Numbered from the stretch's first letter, positions 50,714 through 61,126 are shown. The stretch: DNA of 64,000 nucleotides from an uncultured bacterium (GCA_963749495.1 CAVVMW010000023.1:384001-448000), one strand, 5' to 3'. The notes: a model not told the origin generated them from the letters alone. Numbers and translations are program-made.

Positions 50714-50742
50714 TTGACAAGGACCTCCGCTTTTGGCAGATT
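50714..50742 (+). promoter_or_regulatory. Sigma70 promoter of tRNA-Tyr
   Basis: TTGACA-17-CAGATT followed by a GC-rich stretch. Confidence 0.65.
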
Positions 50743-50769
50743 CACCCCTCGCGCCGGGCGCCGCTTCCA

Positions 50770-50855
50770 GGTGGGATACTCAAGCGGTCAACGAGGGCAG
50801 ACTGTAAATCTGCTGGCTTACGCCTACGAAGGTTCGAATCCTTCTCCCACCACCA
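50770..50855 (+). tRNA. tRNA-Tyr(GTA)
   Basis: Acceptor stem GGTGGGA/TCCCACC, anticodon arm gcaga-ctGTAaa-tctgc, long variable arm, GGTTCGAATCC, encoded CCA. Confidence 0.97.
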
Positions 50856-51589
50856 CCCCATTTCACCGAATCGAAACCCACTTTTGGCCCGTGTCTTCCG
50901 AGCGATAATCGCTTTGATGGATTCTGGCCTTGGGCGCTTTTGTAGCCTTGCTGTCCCCTGCCTGATTTTCTGCAAGCATACGAGATTTTGTATCAATTTT
51001 GTATCAAGTCCGATCTGCCCGAAGCCTGCCCTCCGGGGTGTTCTGGCGCATCCAAGCCCTCGGAACGCGGGGAGCTTGCCCGACATACCACCTTGCCCCG
51101 CTCGAATGCCTGCCAGAGGCATCTCAGCAACGCGGAGTGGGTTTGTGGCCTCTTGGGGTGCCAGGGTGGCGGAGACGCTCGAAACGGACGCCCCAGAAGC
51201 CGCGTAGCAAGCGGTCACACGGCAAGGTGGGCCATTGTGGCGAGACTGGCCAGGCTGGCGGTTGCGCCCCGGCGTGGCTCGCCGGCCAACAGCGCGAGGC
51301 AAGCGCCGGCCCGGTGGACGGCGGGGCCCCCCCCGTGCCTATGGAGTTCCTTTTCCCGAAGCCCGCGCCGGGGACCGGGCCAGCCCCTTCCTTGCCGGGG
51401 TCGCTCCTCGCTACGCAGGGGCTCGAGAAATTCCATGGGATTTGGGGACTCCCTGGGCACCGGACGGACCGGGGAATCTGGTTGCGCAAAGGCGTTTCGG
51501 GCGGCACGCGAGGGTGAATCGTGTGTGAATAAGTATTTCTTGCGTCCGGGCAGGCTCCGTCCCCCAATCTCCCCTGTAATGGGAGAAAT

Positions 51590-53035
51590 ATGACGAAAAC
51601 TCTGCTGTCCCGCACTTGGGTTCTTGGCATGACGAAAAGGAACTGCACGCTATCGGCCCTGGCCTTGCTTGCGCTCGCTGGGGGAGGCACTCAAATCGCC
51701 GCCCAGTCAACTTATACACCTTACGCTTTTACCAACTTCGCCGGGATGCCGGGCGTTTCCGGCAGCGCGGACGGCGCAGGAGGCGCGGCGCGGTTTTCGA
51801 TCCCAGAGGGCGTGGCGGTGGACAGCGGAGGCAGCATTTATGTGGCGGACACCAGCAATCAGACGATTCGCAAGATCACGCCCGCAGGCGTGGTGACGAC
51901 GCTGGCGGGGCTGGCCGGGAACACTGGCACCAATGACGGCGCGGGAAGCGCGGCGCGGTTCAGAGGCCCCATCGCCGTGGCAGTGGACAGCACGCGCAGC
52001 ATCTATGTGGCGGAATGGGGCAACTGCACGATTCGCAAGATCACGCCCGCAGGCGTGGTGACGACGCTCGCGGGTCGGGCCGGGAGTTATGGCAGCGCGG
52101 ACGGCACGGGGAGTGCGGCGCGGTTTGGCAACTCTACCTGTGGCCCCACCGGCGTTGCGGTGGACAGTCACGGCAACGTCTATGTGGCGGATTACGTGAA
52201 CTGCACGATTCGGAAGGTGACGCCCGCAGGCGTGGTGACGACGCTGGCGGGGCTGGCCGCCACTCCTGGTAGCGCGGACGGCACGGGGAGTGCGGCAAGG
52301 TTCTATTGCCCCATCGCCGTGGCGCTGGACAGCACGGGCAACCTCTATGTGACCGACGGACTCAACTCCACCATTCGGAAAGTGACGCCCGCAGGCGTGG
52401 TGACGACGCTGGCGGGCTTGGCTGGCAATCCTGGCAGCGCCGACGGCACGCGCAGTGCGGCGCGGTTCGACTGGCCCCGAGGTTTGGCGGTGGACAGCGC
52501 AGGCAACCTTTATGTGGTGGATACGGACAACAACCGGATCACAAAAGGCACGCCCTCTGTCCCCTATGCTGCCACGGCTACGGCGACGGTCGTGAACGGA
52601 TTTGTAGTGGGCGCTAGTATCACCGACGGCGGCTGCGGGTACACCAATGCGCCCACCGTGAGGATCATTGGCGGCGGCGGTAGTGGGGCGCAGGCCGTGG
52701 CTGTGATGACCAACGGGGCCGTCATTGCTGTCAAAGTTCTGGATGCGGGTTCCGGCTACGCCGACACGCCTGTCATAGTCATCGCGCCGCCGTTCATTCC
52801 GCAACCGACTATGGCGATTGCCGCCCTGTTCTTTGGACCGCTGGTGACTCCTGTTCTCGAACTAAACGTGGCTAACCTCTCGCCTTACGACAACTACGAA
52901 CTCCAATTTACGCCGGCTGCCGGGGTTGGCTGGACCAATCTCGGCGCCCCGTTCACTCCTTCGGGGACCACGAGCACCCAGTACGGCAACGCCAGCGGCA
53001 AGGCTGGATTCTTCCGCGTGCAATACATGCCGTAG
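51590..53035 (+). CDS. Secreted NHL-repeat beta-propeller protein with a GSGY domain and FFRV tail
   Basis: About five G..G..DG.G.AARF..P..VAVD...YV.D..N.TIRK repeats; signal peptide. Confidence 0.9.
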   Translation: MTKTLLSRTWVLGMTKRNCTLSALALLALAGGGTQIAAQSTYTPYAFTNFAGMPGVSGSADGAGGAARFSIPEGVAVDSGGSIYVADTSNQTIRKITPAGVVTTLAGLAGNTGTNDGAGSAARFRGPIAVAVDSTRSIYVAEWGNCTIRKITPAGVVTTLAGRAGSYGSADGTGSAARFGNSTCGPTGVAVDSHGNVYVADYVNCTIRKVTPAGVVTTLAGLAATPGSADGTGSAARFYCPIAVALDSTGNLYVTDGLNSTIRKVTPAGVVTTLAGLAGNPGSADGTRSAARFDWPRGLAVDSAGNLYVVDTDNNRITKGTPSVPYAATATATVVNGFVVGASITDGGCGYTNAPTVRIIGGGGSGAQAVAVMTNGAVIAVKVLDAGSGYADTPVIVIAPPFIPQPTMAIAALFFGPLVTPVLELNVANLSPYDNYELQFTPAAGVGWTNLGAPFTPSGTTSTQYGNASGKAGFFRVQYMP

Positions 53036-53566
53036 CGCGCACATTATGGCGCACCGGTAGCCAGCTCCAGCCCCCGCACCAGCCGGGTTGGGGCAACGGC
53101 CCATCGCCTTGCGAAAGCTTGAACTGGCGTCCAGTATGGTTTACGGTTGGCCATGCCGCTATTTACCGCAGAGACCGCCCGCGACTTGAAAGAGTGGATG
53201 TAAAACCCAATGCTCGCAAGTTCCTCGATGAGCCTCGGCTCTCAATGGTGGAGTGCGAGCAGATGTTCCAGGGGCGCCTGGCGGCCATAAAAGGGTTCGA
53301 GGAGGCGAAGAACACTCTGCTTTAGGGCGCGGAGCCTCAGAATCAGAGGTGGCCGGAGCGTGCCCTCGCAGGGGGAGGAGGGGCGCCGCCCGCTCGAACC
53401 GGAAGGGCAGCGCGTTCTCCCCGCCGCGGCCCAGGATGACGGATGAGCGGACTTCGTCAGGTGTCGTTCTTTGCGTATTCATATCAGGGCGATGAGGTTG
53501 CGCCCCGAGCCGACCCAGGGGTCCATTGGCCGCTGCGCCGTCAATGACGGCATGTCGCCACTTTCC

Positions 53567-54945
53567 CTACTTCCTCTCCTCTTCTTGGTTTTCACTATGG
53601 ATTAAGGAAACTGGTGTCAGGGTGTCATCCGGGCCGCTTGGTCCTGGGCGATTGATCTGCCATTGCCGGACGTTGGCAGTCCGGGCGTCCTCTACGCGCC
53701 GCGGCCGCTTTTTGGCCAGTCGGCCCAGGTAGGTCCCACACGCGTTGTCCCAGGAGAGCAGGCGCCGGGCTTCATAACCCATGGTCGAGCCAACAAGCTG
53801 GCGCTCCAGGGCCTCGGCAGTCAGGACGCGAGGGCCGGGGCCGGCTGGGGACCACCAAACAGGATGGCATCGATCAGGGAGAGCAGCCGCAATTCGGGAG
53901 ACAGCGCGTCCAGAGCGTCCAGCAAGTGGGGGTGCTGCCAGGTCTTAATGCCAAACCGGGGGCACCTGAGGTTGTGGGGAATTTGCCAGCGCCGCAGGTA
54001 GGCCACAAATGCGGGAAGCTCCGCGATCAAAGCCTGCCAAAAGCGCGCTTTGGCCTGCGGCGTGTCGGTCGGCATCGGCATCGGGCGCCAGGCGGTCCGG
54101 AGGAGCATGATTTTGTCGCTGAGCGATTCATCAATGGGTGGTAGGACAAGCAGGTTTTCCGGTTCATCATTCAGGGAAATGGTCAGCCGCCAGAACGGCC
54201 GCAAGCTGAGGGCCTGCCGGTTCTTCGCGTGGCACGATTGGACTTCGTTGACGGTGAACTCTTTGATCCTCGCTCCAAACTCCCGCCGGGAGCGGAAGTC
54301 GGTACTGCCGGACTCGTCCTCGACCATCAGGTGCTCCGCACAAAACAAGTCTCCGTTGAATGGCGTTGCCACACTCATGTAGCGGTAAGGCTTGGCAGCC
54401 CGCCCGCCCAGTATCTCGGTGGTGAGATTCTGCCAGAGGGACTTTCCGCTTCTGCGCGGGCCAGCCATCGCAAATGCCTGGCCGGGGGTTCGGATGCCTC
54501 TCCTAAGGGCATCGTCGCCGGCCTTTAGCCAGCCCAGGACAAACGGGCGCTGGTCAGCAACCGGGTCAACAAACAGGTTCTCAAGCAACTGCGAGAGGAC
54601 GGGGAAGTCACCGGCTTGCGGCTTCAAAGGGCGTGGCGATGTCGTCACCAGAATGCGGCTGCCACACATTTCGACAACGCCCTTTTGGGAACCCGCCAGC
54701 GGTCCGGCATAGGCCACCGCCCATTCCATCTGGTAGCCGTTCAATGCCTCGTCAATTTCGCTGAGCAGGGAACCCGGGGAACACTCAGGGGAAAGGGCAG
54801 TAGCCTTGAGGTGGCGCCGCAGGCTGGTCTCGGTCAGTTCAATCCAGTTCTCTCGGCGGTCGAGCACCCAGTACCCTTTGCGGGCGCCGTCGTAACACGC
54901 CTTCAGGCGCGGGAGGGCTTCAACGGGCGAGCCGTTGTTTTTCAT
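53567..54945 (-). CDS. Primase-associated P-loop helicase, D5/DUF5906-like (1-bp frameshift near 53840)
   Basis: GPRRSGKS Walker A, LMVEDE Walker B, ISLN sensor; continues in the ORF 53567-53782 frame. Confidence 0.75.
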
Positions 54946-55998
54946 GGGCACCCCCCCAGGTCCAGGTGAAGCAAGCTCTGAGTGCGGCCATCCCGATTCC
55001 CACCGGGGAGGCGGCAGGGCTGGGAGAGGCGAAACAGTGCGGGGTCGCAACCGAGCGCGGGCAGGATGATTTTCAGCTCGTCCAGGGCCGCAGGCGGCGG
55101 AGGCTCGAACCAGCCATGAAGGCTCTTGCCAGCCGTGTCCACGATAGCGCGGAGCCGGGTGAACTGCTCAACCCATCGGAAGACAGCGCAGATTTCGTCC
55201 TTCCGCAAGGTGTCGCTCTCCAATACCAGGTAGCGCCGCAGAACGACGGTGGCGTCACACCTTGAGTCCGTGCCGGGCTTGAAGGTGGACGGGCAGGTGA
55301 ACAATCCGGGCACCGCCCTTTCGGCGAGCCACTCCAGAGGCCGGCCTGAATCTCGTCCGGCAGAATTCCCGCCAGTGTTCACCATGCTGATCGTTGGCGC
55401 TGTGCTTGGTGGTTGCCGCAATCCACATCACATCATCCGGCTGGAACAGCCGCAGTAGAAGCCGCCAATCATCCGTTGGGTCGGCGCTGAACAGATCAAC
55501 GGGTGAGCGTTCCGCGTAGTCGGCCACCCCGCAACGGTACTCCCGCAAGACAGCGTTGGCGGCGGCGGTTGCTCTCGCCTCGATACGGAATGTACGCTTT
55601 TGCGCTTCTATCCGCTGGCGTTGCCCTGCCGTGATGCCCGGGCCTTTGATCGTACCGCTCCCGCTTACTCTTAGCGGCTGGCGGGCGGGTTTTGAGTAGG
55701 CGCTTGCAATGGTCCTCCGGGCCTCCTGCTCCGGCAGGCCGTCCCGCATTGCCCGGGGGAGCAGCAGGGATTCGGATTCGGCCTGGCTGTGGCCAGCGTC
55801 CCTGCACTGGCAGGCAGCGGCGAGCAGTTCCTCTTTGCGCTGGCCCTCTGGCGCCCCGTGGGCGATGTAGCCGGCTGTGCGTTTGGCGAGCGGGCGTTCA
55901 ATCATGCGGACTCGTTGATTGGCGGCGAAACCGGCCAGAGGGGCGATGGGGCGGCGGCGTGGCCGGTAGTTCAGGCGGGACTGGCGGAAAGTGGTCAT
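54942..55998 (-). CDS. RepB/AEP-type primase with an N-terminal PriCT-like domain (1-bp frameshift near 55335; start uncertain)
   Basis: G..EGQR...L..AA...RD.G...GL...EA..TI.SAY, then LVLESD, TAGKSLHGWF, D.....SQPCRLPG. Confidence 0.75.
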
Positions 55999-56572
55999 TG
56001 GGGCACTTGATCGGAGGACGATTGGGTGTTGACGGCGTGGCCGGTCGTGATACGCTCGGGCAGGCTGGAGATGTTCGGATTTGCACCGAATGCACCACAG
56101 GTCCAGAGCCGGGCGCAGCAGTGAGCCATCCCCATCCCGTTTCGGCGCGTTCGGCTTGCGGGCAGGGCGCGCCAAATCGTTTGGTGGTTCTCACGCGGTT
56201 TCGCTTTCTGTCTGCGCTTGGCGCGGAATCGGCGCCGGGGCGGTGGTCATCAGCGCGACCAAGTCGGTCTCGAGGAAACCCGACGCTCTGACCCGGCCCG
56301 GCAATTTCCGCTTTGGCAAGGCGCCACTCGCGGCGAGCTTATCGATCGTACCGGGGCGCTCTGCGCCCATTGCTGGAGAGGACTATAGGCGTACACAGGA
56401 CGCAGTTCACGATTGGCCGGGCAAGTTACAGAAGAAAGGCGAGCAGGGGCGCAAACGCCCTGATTTTACGTGCGTTTGGGGGGGCGCTGGGAGGGTTCGG
56501 TTTGGAAGTGGAAACCCTTTCAACCTCTTTTTCAGGCTTGAAATCCCCCCGGGAAACGGTCATCTTCAAGGT

Positions 56573-56986
56573 GTGAGCGACGAACTTTTGAATTTTGTGA
56601 ACGGGTGCCAGGTTGCGGAGATGGCGAGGGCCGGCAGGGAACTTGATTCAAGCTTGTCCGACTCCTGCCGAATTTTCGGGGAGCACGTGCGCAGCGTCCA
56701 GGCCGTTGTGATTCACACGTATCAGCTTACTGCCGCCGCGTTGCTCCGAAAAGAAGACGCGGGCGAGGCCGCCCAACTCTGGAAGGAGATAAGGGACTTG
56801 TGCCGCTCGGCATTAAAGGAGTTAAAGGAACTCAAGGACGTTTATCCAGAATGCGGCACACCGGAGTTGTACAATCTTACCCTGGATTACATGCTGGAGG
56901 CGGACAAACGGTATTACCAGAACTTAGAGGACTCAGAATGTGCCAAGACCCCACTCCCCCAGGGGTTGTTTCCAGAGACGAATTAG
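56573..56986 (+). CDS. Hypothetical helical protein (island cargo)
   Basis: GTG 6 nt after a TTGAAA-17-CATCTT promoter; overlaps the next ORF. Confidence 0.6.
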   Translation: MSDELLNFVNGCQVAEMARAGRELDSSLSDSCRIFGEHVRSVQAVVIHTYQLTAAALLRKEDAGEAAQLWKEIRDLCRSALKELKELKDVYPECGTPELYNLTLDYMLEADKRYYQNLEDSECAKTPLPQGLFPETN

Positions 56987-57210
56987 ATCGCCTCGTCGCC
57001 CTGTTTGGGCAGTTTGAGGGCGCCGCCCGCCCGCTGTCTCGTGCGTGCCACGAAGCCGAAGCGGAGTTTACCGCCCTGGTTGAACAGATCTACTCCCAGA
57101 AGGTAAAACCAGTGTGCGAAAGCGTCCCTCTCTCCCGGTTCCGAAGCTACGTGCGTCTCCAGTGCCGCCGCCGGATTTCCAAGCAAGGACCACCATTCCC
57201 CTGCGCCTGA
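56938..57210 (+). CDS. Hypothetical small protein (island cargo)
   Basis: 90-aa helical ORF overlapping the previous gene. Confidence 0.55.
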   Translation: MCQDPTPPGVVSRDELDRLVALFGQFEGAARPLSRACHEAEAEFTALVEQIYSQKVKPVCESVPLSRFRSYVRLQCRRRISKQGPPFPCA

Positions 57211-57217
57211 GGACCAT

Positions 57218-58615
57218 TTACGGGATCTTCCCGGCGGCAGCAGCGAAGAAATCCATCTCAGCGATTTCCTTGTTTTGTTGAACCCAATGGGCGAGGTTCT
57301 TGTCGGGTCGGCCAAAGAAGTCGTCAAGTTCATGTAGGCGCCGGCTTGCGCTACGCTGACGGTTTCGCAGTTCAGAGAGGGTGCCGCAACGGGCAAGCAA
57401 GCAACGAGCCTCCTCCGATTTCTTGCCGAGGACCTGGCCCGCCTTGACAATATCGTTTGCCGCGAGCCCGAGCCAGTCGTCAACCCTGCCAGCCGATTTT
57501 GGGGCGTTGCTTTTTGGCCGGAGGTGCTTTGCCGGATCGAAGCACGGGCTGGTGACCTTTTTCCACAGCGGGAAGCCATTGGCATCACCCTGAACGGTCC
57601 CGTCAGGATTGCGCACCGGTTCCGTAAATTCCACTCGCTGGGTCTTCCAGTGCCGCACGCAGCGGCGGAGCCACTTTTTGCGCTCCGGTGCTTTGAGTTG
57701 CGTGTGGAACGCCGCAAGCAGTCTATGCCTGGTGCAGGTTGCCGGGGCGAGGAAGATGGCGAACGGGGGAATGTCCGAGGGAATAATGCGGACTTCGCTC
57801 CTCGCGAGTCGCTTTGTGCCGGAGTCGGGTGCAGGCTTCCAAAACTCCGGTTGTTCTCTGAGCACAGCCAGGAGTTGGTCTCGGCTTGCCCTGGTGTCGA
57901 AGTAGATCGAGAGGCAGTGCCGGAGGGCAGGGCGGTCCCAATAGGAGGCGTGGCCGGCCACCGGGGCGTGGGTGTCGAGAGCACGAAAGAAGGAGCAGTC
58001 GGAAGCTTGTACCAACGGCGGGGCGAAGTGAGGGGTAGGGCTGACAAAGATCTTGTGGGCGGGATTGCGCGCGACGGTGCAAGGGCGAATGGACGGCTTG
58101 AATTCGGGTGCGGGAGTCTGCCGAGGCAGAGTGTATTCTCGGTTCACTTTGAAGGCATTCCCCCGGCCAATGACATAGCCCAGGGCGATCAGTCGTTGTT
58201 CTTCGGAGTGTTCAAGCCAGGTCAATGCTGGGTCAAAGCCGTGCATCAAGAAATCAAAGCAGGGGGCGGGTGTGGCCTCTCTGACCCGCTGGAACAGGTG
58301 CGCGAGACGGGCCCGCGAAGCTTCACGGGCCGCGTCGTCAAGCCCTGCCTGGTGTTGTTGCGCAAGGAATTGCTTGCGGGTCATGGGGCGCCGACAAGCC
58401 TCCTCACCTGTCCGGCTCGCTTGGTCGCCGAGAAAGGCGGCGCGTTCACGCACGCACTTCCGCCACAGGGCCGGATAGGACTTTGTGCGCCGAAGCGTTT
58501 CCCAGGCGAGGGCGGCGGCCTTGGTCTTTTCGCTGGCATTTGCCGGATTAAACCACCACCACTTATCCCGCAGGCGGGGCGCTGGCTTCGTATTCTGACT
58601 CATGGGCACCTTCAC
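57218..58615 (-). CDS. Basic hypothetical protein with a DUF6499-like AWExLRR motif
   Basis: LAWETLRRTKSY near the N-terminus; lies between the regulators and the replication genes. Confidence 0.55.
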   Translation of the reverse strand: MKVPMSQNTKPAPRLRDKWWWFNPANASEKTKAAALAWETLRRTKSYPALWRKCVRERAAFLGDQASRTGEEACRRPMTRKQFLAQQHQAGLDDAAREASRARLAHLFQRVREATPAPCFDFLMHGFDPALTWLEHSEEQRLIALGYVIGRGNAFKVNREYTLPRQTPAPEFKPSIRPCTVARNPAHKIFVSPTPHFAPPLVQASDCSFFRALDTHAPVAGHASYWDRPALRHCLSIYFDTRASRDQLLAVLREQPEFWKPAPDSGTKRLARSEVRIIPSDIPPFAIFLAPATCTRHRLLAAFHTQLKAPERKKWLRRCVRHWKTQRVEFTEPVRNPDGTVQGDANGFPLWKKVTSPCFDPAKHLRPKSNAPKSAGRVDDWLGLAANDIVKAGQVLGKKSEEARCLLARCGTLSELRNRQRSASRRLHELDDFFGRPDKNLAHWVQQNKEIAEMDFFAAAAGKIP

Positions 58616-58705
58616 AGTTTGCCCGCCGGGGAGCGTGAAGGCGCTGCCCCGGCAGGGCTTCCCCGGCTGATCGGGCCGGGGCGAATCGTCACGCTCAATT
58701 TCGCC

Positions 58706-59332
58706 TCACCGAAGACCGAGGTTCAGCCGTTGTCTGCAACCCAGGTTAATCATGCGGCGCCTCGCGGCTTGGAAACTGACGTTGTGTTCGCGGGCCAGGG
58801 CGGCAACGATTTGATCCACCAGAATGTGGCCGCGCTGGTCCACCAACTTGCCGGCCAGGTTCTCGACGAGTGCCTCGACGGCGCTCTTGGGCATCAGTAT
58901 CGCGGACGCCAGGGCCTTGGCATTGCTTTCCATGAACGCCCGCGTCTGCTCGTCGAGCAAGCCCTCGATTCGCAGGCGGGCCTCGATTGTCCGGCATTGG
59001 GCAAAGAGATCGCGGTGAACGAGGAAGTGGGCCAATTCTTCCGCCAGCGTGAAGCGGTACTTCCTCTCGAACCTGGCTTCGTTCATCAATCCGGCATCAA
59101 TGAAAATAACGGTGGCCGTGGTGTTGATGAAGGCGTATGTGTCCCACCGGCTCTTTAGGTCCGCGAAGGTGGCAATCTTCATTCCGAACCTCTCCAGGAT
59201 AAGCCGCTCGATGTCCACGCGGGGGCCTCGGAAACAGCGTTCTGCGCCCCGAAGGGCCTCCCCCGCGATCCGTTCGAGTTCGTAGAGCCGGTAATCCCGG
59301 ACTCTAATTTTTGGTTGTCCTGTATCGGCCAC
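58706..59332 (-). CDS. ImmA/IrrE-family metallopeptidase (EExxH variant)
   Basis: RFTLAEELAHFLVH, E..A..LA.AILMP, .NVS..A...R. Confidence 0.85.
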   Translation of the reverse strand: MADTGQPKIRVRDYRLYELERIAGEALRGAERCFRGPRVDIERLILERFGMKIATFADLKSRWDTYAFINTTATVIFIDAGLMNEARFERKYRFTLAEELAHFLVHRDLFAQCRTIEARLRIEGLLDEQTRAFMESNAKALASAILMPKSAVEALVENLAGKLVDQRGHILVDQIVAALAREHNVSFQAARRRMINLGCRQRLNLGLR

Positions 59333-59690
59333 TTCTGAGGTCCTCGATGATGCCCCGCAGTTGTTGCCTGGTCACTTTTTCGTACTCGACTGTGCGCAGC
59401 ATCGCCGGTATGAGGTCATTCTCTTTGACGATCTGCTCGACATCGGCGGGAATTTCATTGCGGCCGCGCGCCGCCAGGTCATGGAATTGAGCAAAATCGG
59501 GCGTGCCGGCTCTCAGGCCCAGGGCCATGCCGATTCGGTCCAGCCCGTCATGGGGAGGAGGGGGCAGGACGTCGCTTTCGATGTTGCAGTAGTTCGACGG
59601 CTGCATCCGGACCTTGCGCGCAAACTCGCGCAGGCTCAGATCGAGCGCCAGCCGCTTCGCCTTTATGAATTGCCCAAATGTCTGTTTCAT
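59304..59690 (-). CDS. XRE-family HTH repressor (ImmR-like)
   Basis: FGQFIK.KR....SLREFA......Y..IE. Confidence 0.9.
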   Translation of the reverse strand: MKQTFGQFIKAKRLALDLSLREFARKVRMQPSNYCNIESDVLPPPPHDGLDRIGMALGLRAGTPDFAQFHDLAARGRNEIPADVEQIVKENDLIPAMLRTVEYEKVTRQQLRGIIEDLRSGRYRTTKN

Positions 59691-59782
59691 CGGTTTGCGT
59701 ATTAGAACGGTCGCTCGTGCATGTTCTAATCCAATATAACGGCCAGGGCAAGATCCGCAAGCTGATTCTCAGGCCCGGTGAA

Positions 59783-61126
59783 CTACTCCGAAAGGAGGGC
59801 CGACAAGGCGGCTTTCTTCTCGGCCCAGTTGTCGCCGGTGATGCTCTCCGCAATGGCCCGGATTTCGCGCAGGATTGCCGGTTCCTGGGGCTTTGGCGGC
59901 GCAGGCTTGGCATAACCGTCACCTATCAGGGCGGGCAGGGCGGCAACGGCCTGGACGGCGGCAAGCTCGCCAATATGCGTGTAGTGCCGGGTCATGGCCG
60001 GGTTGCTGTGGCCCACGATGGCCTCGACAACAGCCAGAGGCGCATTGCTCTCCCGGCAGAGGGAAACGAACGTGTGCCGCAGGCTGTGGAAACCGACTTC
60101 GAGCACGGCCCGCTTCCTTTCCTCTGACCCTGAGTCCGGCTTTGCGCCGGGGCCGGTCCCCGGCTTATGGAGCGTGATCCCGCAAGCCCGGAAATGGTTC
60201 TGAACAAGGTCCGTCACCGCGTCTGTTCTCCGGCCGTAGAGCGCGGCAGTGTCGGGCAGCACATATTCACCGCGCTTTTCCGCCGGGACTTCGGAAAGCA
60301 TGTCCCGCAAGACCGGATGGATCGGGACAACCACCGGCTTGGGGTTGCGGCGCGCGGTCTTGTTCGGGACGCGCCGGATCAAGGCGCGGTGCAAATCCAC
60401 TTCGCCCCACCGGAGGGTTGCGCAGTCCCCGAGGCGCAAGCCCGAATAGATGCCCACTGCCAGGAGGGTCCGCAGTTCTCCGGTTGCGGCCTTGCACACA
60501 CTCTTTAGCTCGTCCACGGTCAATTCCCGCCGGCTCTGAGTGACGAGCCGCTTGCGGGGAATTTCCGCCCAAGGATTCTCCGCTATCCTGGCCCTGTCCT
60601 TTACGACGCGGAAGACCAGCGTCAGCAGGTTCAAATGCTTGTTGTAGGTGTTCGGGCTGAACCGCCCGCCGTTCAGGCTCGCTGCGTATTCCTCCGCCAC
60701 GGGCTTCGACACGCCCCGGAACGTCAGCAACTCGGCGTGTTTCTCTTTTGCCCAGTCCACGAAGGCGGACCATTGGCACTCGTATTGATAAAGGGTCTCG
60801 CCCCCACTGTCGGGCCGGTTCGGAGAGGTCAGGAAGGCAGTCCAGCCCTGGGCGAGCGGCAACGGTGGATTCTGCTCCGCATCCCATTTTTCAAGCTCGG
60901 CCCGCCGGCCTTCGAGCCGGGCGCCGATGGCTTCCAGGGCCTCGGCTTCATCGGCCACGGCAAACGGCGCCATGAATGCGTCGCGTGCCTGCTCTGCCGC
61001 GCGCCGTGCGGTGATCGGCTGGCCGTTCCCGTCCCGCAGGGCCTTGGCGAAGGATTTGCCGTTGATCTTCCAGGCGACATAGAAGTTATCGCCCCGTTTG
61101 AATAGGCGTCCGGTTCTGCGTTTCAT
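59783..61126 (-). CDS. Tyrosine integrase
   Basis: SGLRLGD, K, FHSLRH, VGH....T.HY. Confidence 0.95.
   Translation of the reverse strand: MKRRTGRLFKRGDNFYVAWKINGKSFAKALRDGNGQPITARRAAEQARDAFMAPFAVADEAEALEAIGARLEGRRAELEKWDAEQNPPLPLAQGWTAFLTSPNRPDSGGETLYQYECQWSAFVDWAKEKHAELLTFRGVSKPVAEEYAASLNGGRFSPNTYNKHLNLLTLVFRVVKDRARIAENPWAEIPRKRLVTQSRRELTVDELKSVCKAATGELRTLLAVGIYSGLRLGDCATLRWGEVDLHRALIRRVPNKTARRNPKPVVVPIHPVLRDMLSEVPAEKRGEYVLPDTAALYGRRTDAVTDLVQNHFRACGITLHKPGTGPGAKPDSGSEERKRAVLEVGFHSLRHTFVSLCRESNAPLAVVEAIVGHSNPAMTRHYTHIGELAAVQAVAALPALIGDGYAKPAPPKPQEPAILREIRAIAESITGDNWAEKKAALSALLSE

Noticed and set aside
51720..52550. DGR target in the NHL repeats
   Set aside because: Differences are not confined to adenine positions, and no reverse transcriptase or template repeat is visible.
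53153..53325. Small ORFs after the NHL gene (MPLFTAETAR...)
   Set aside because: Too short or fragmentary to assign.
29683..58047. Long antisense ORFs (e.g. 29683-31506, 35411-37351, 46830-48815, 57524-59158)
   Set aside because: They overlap recognisable genes and are expected in high-GC DNA.
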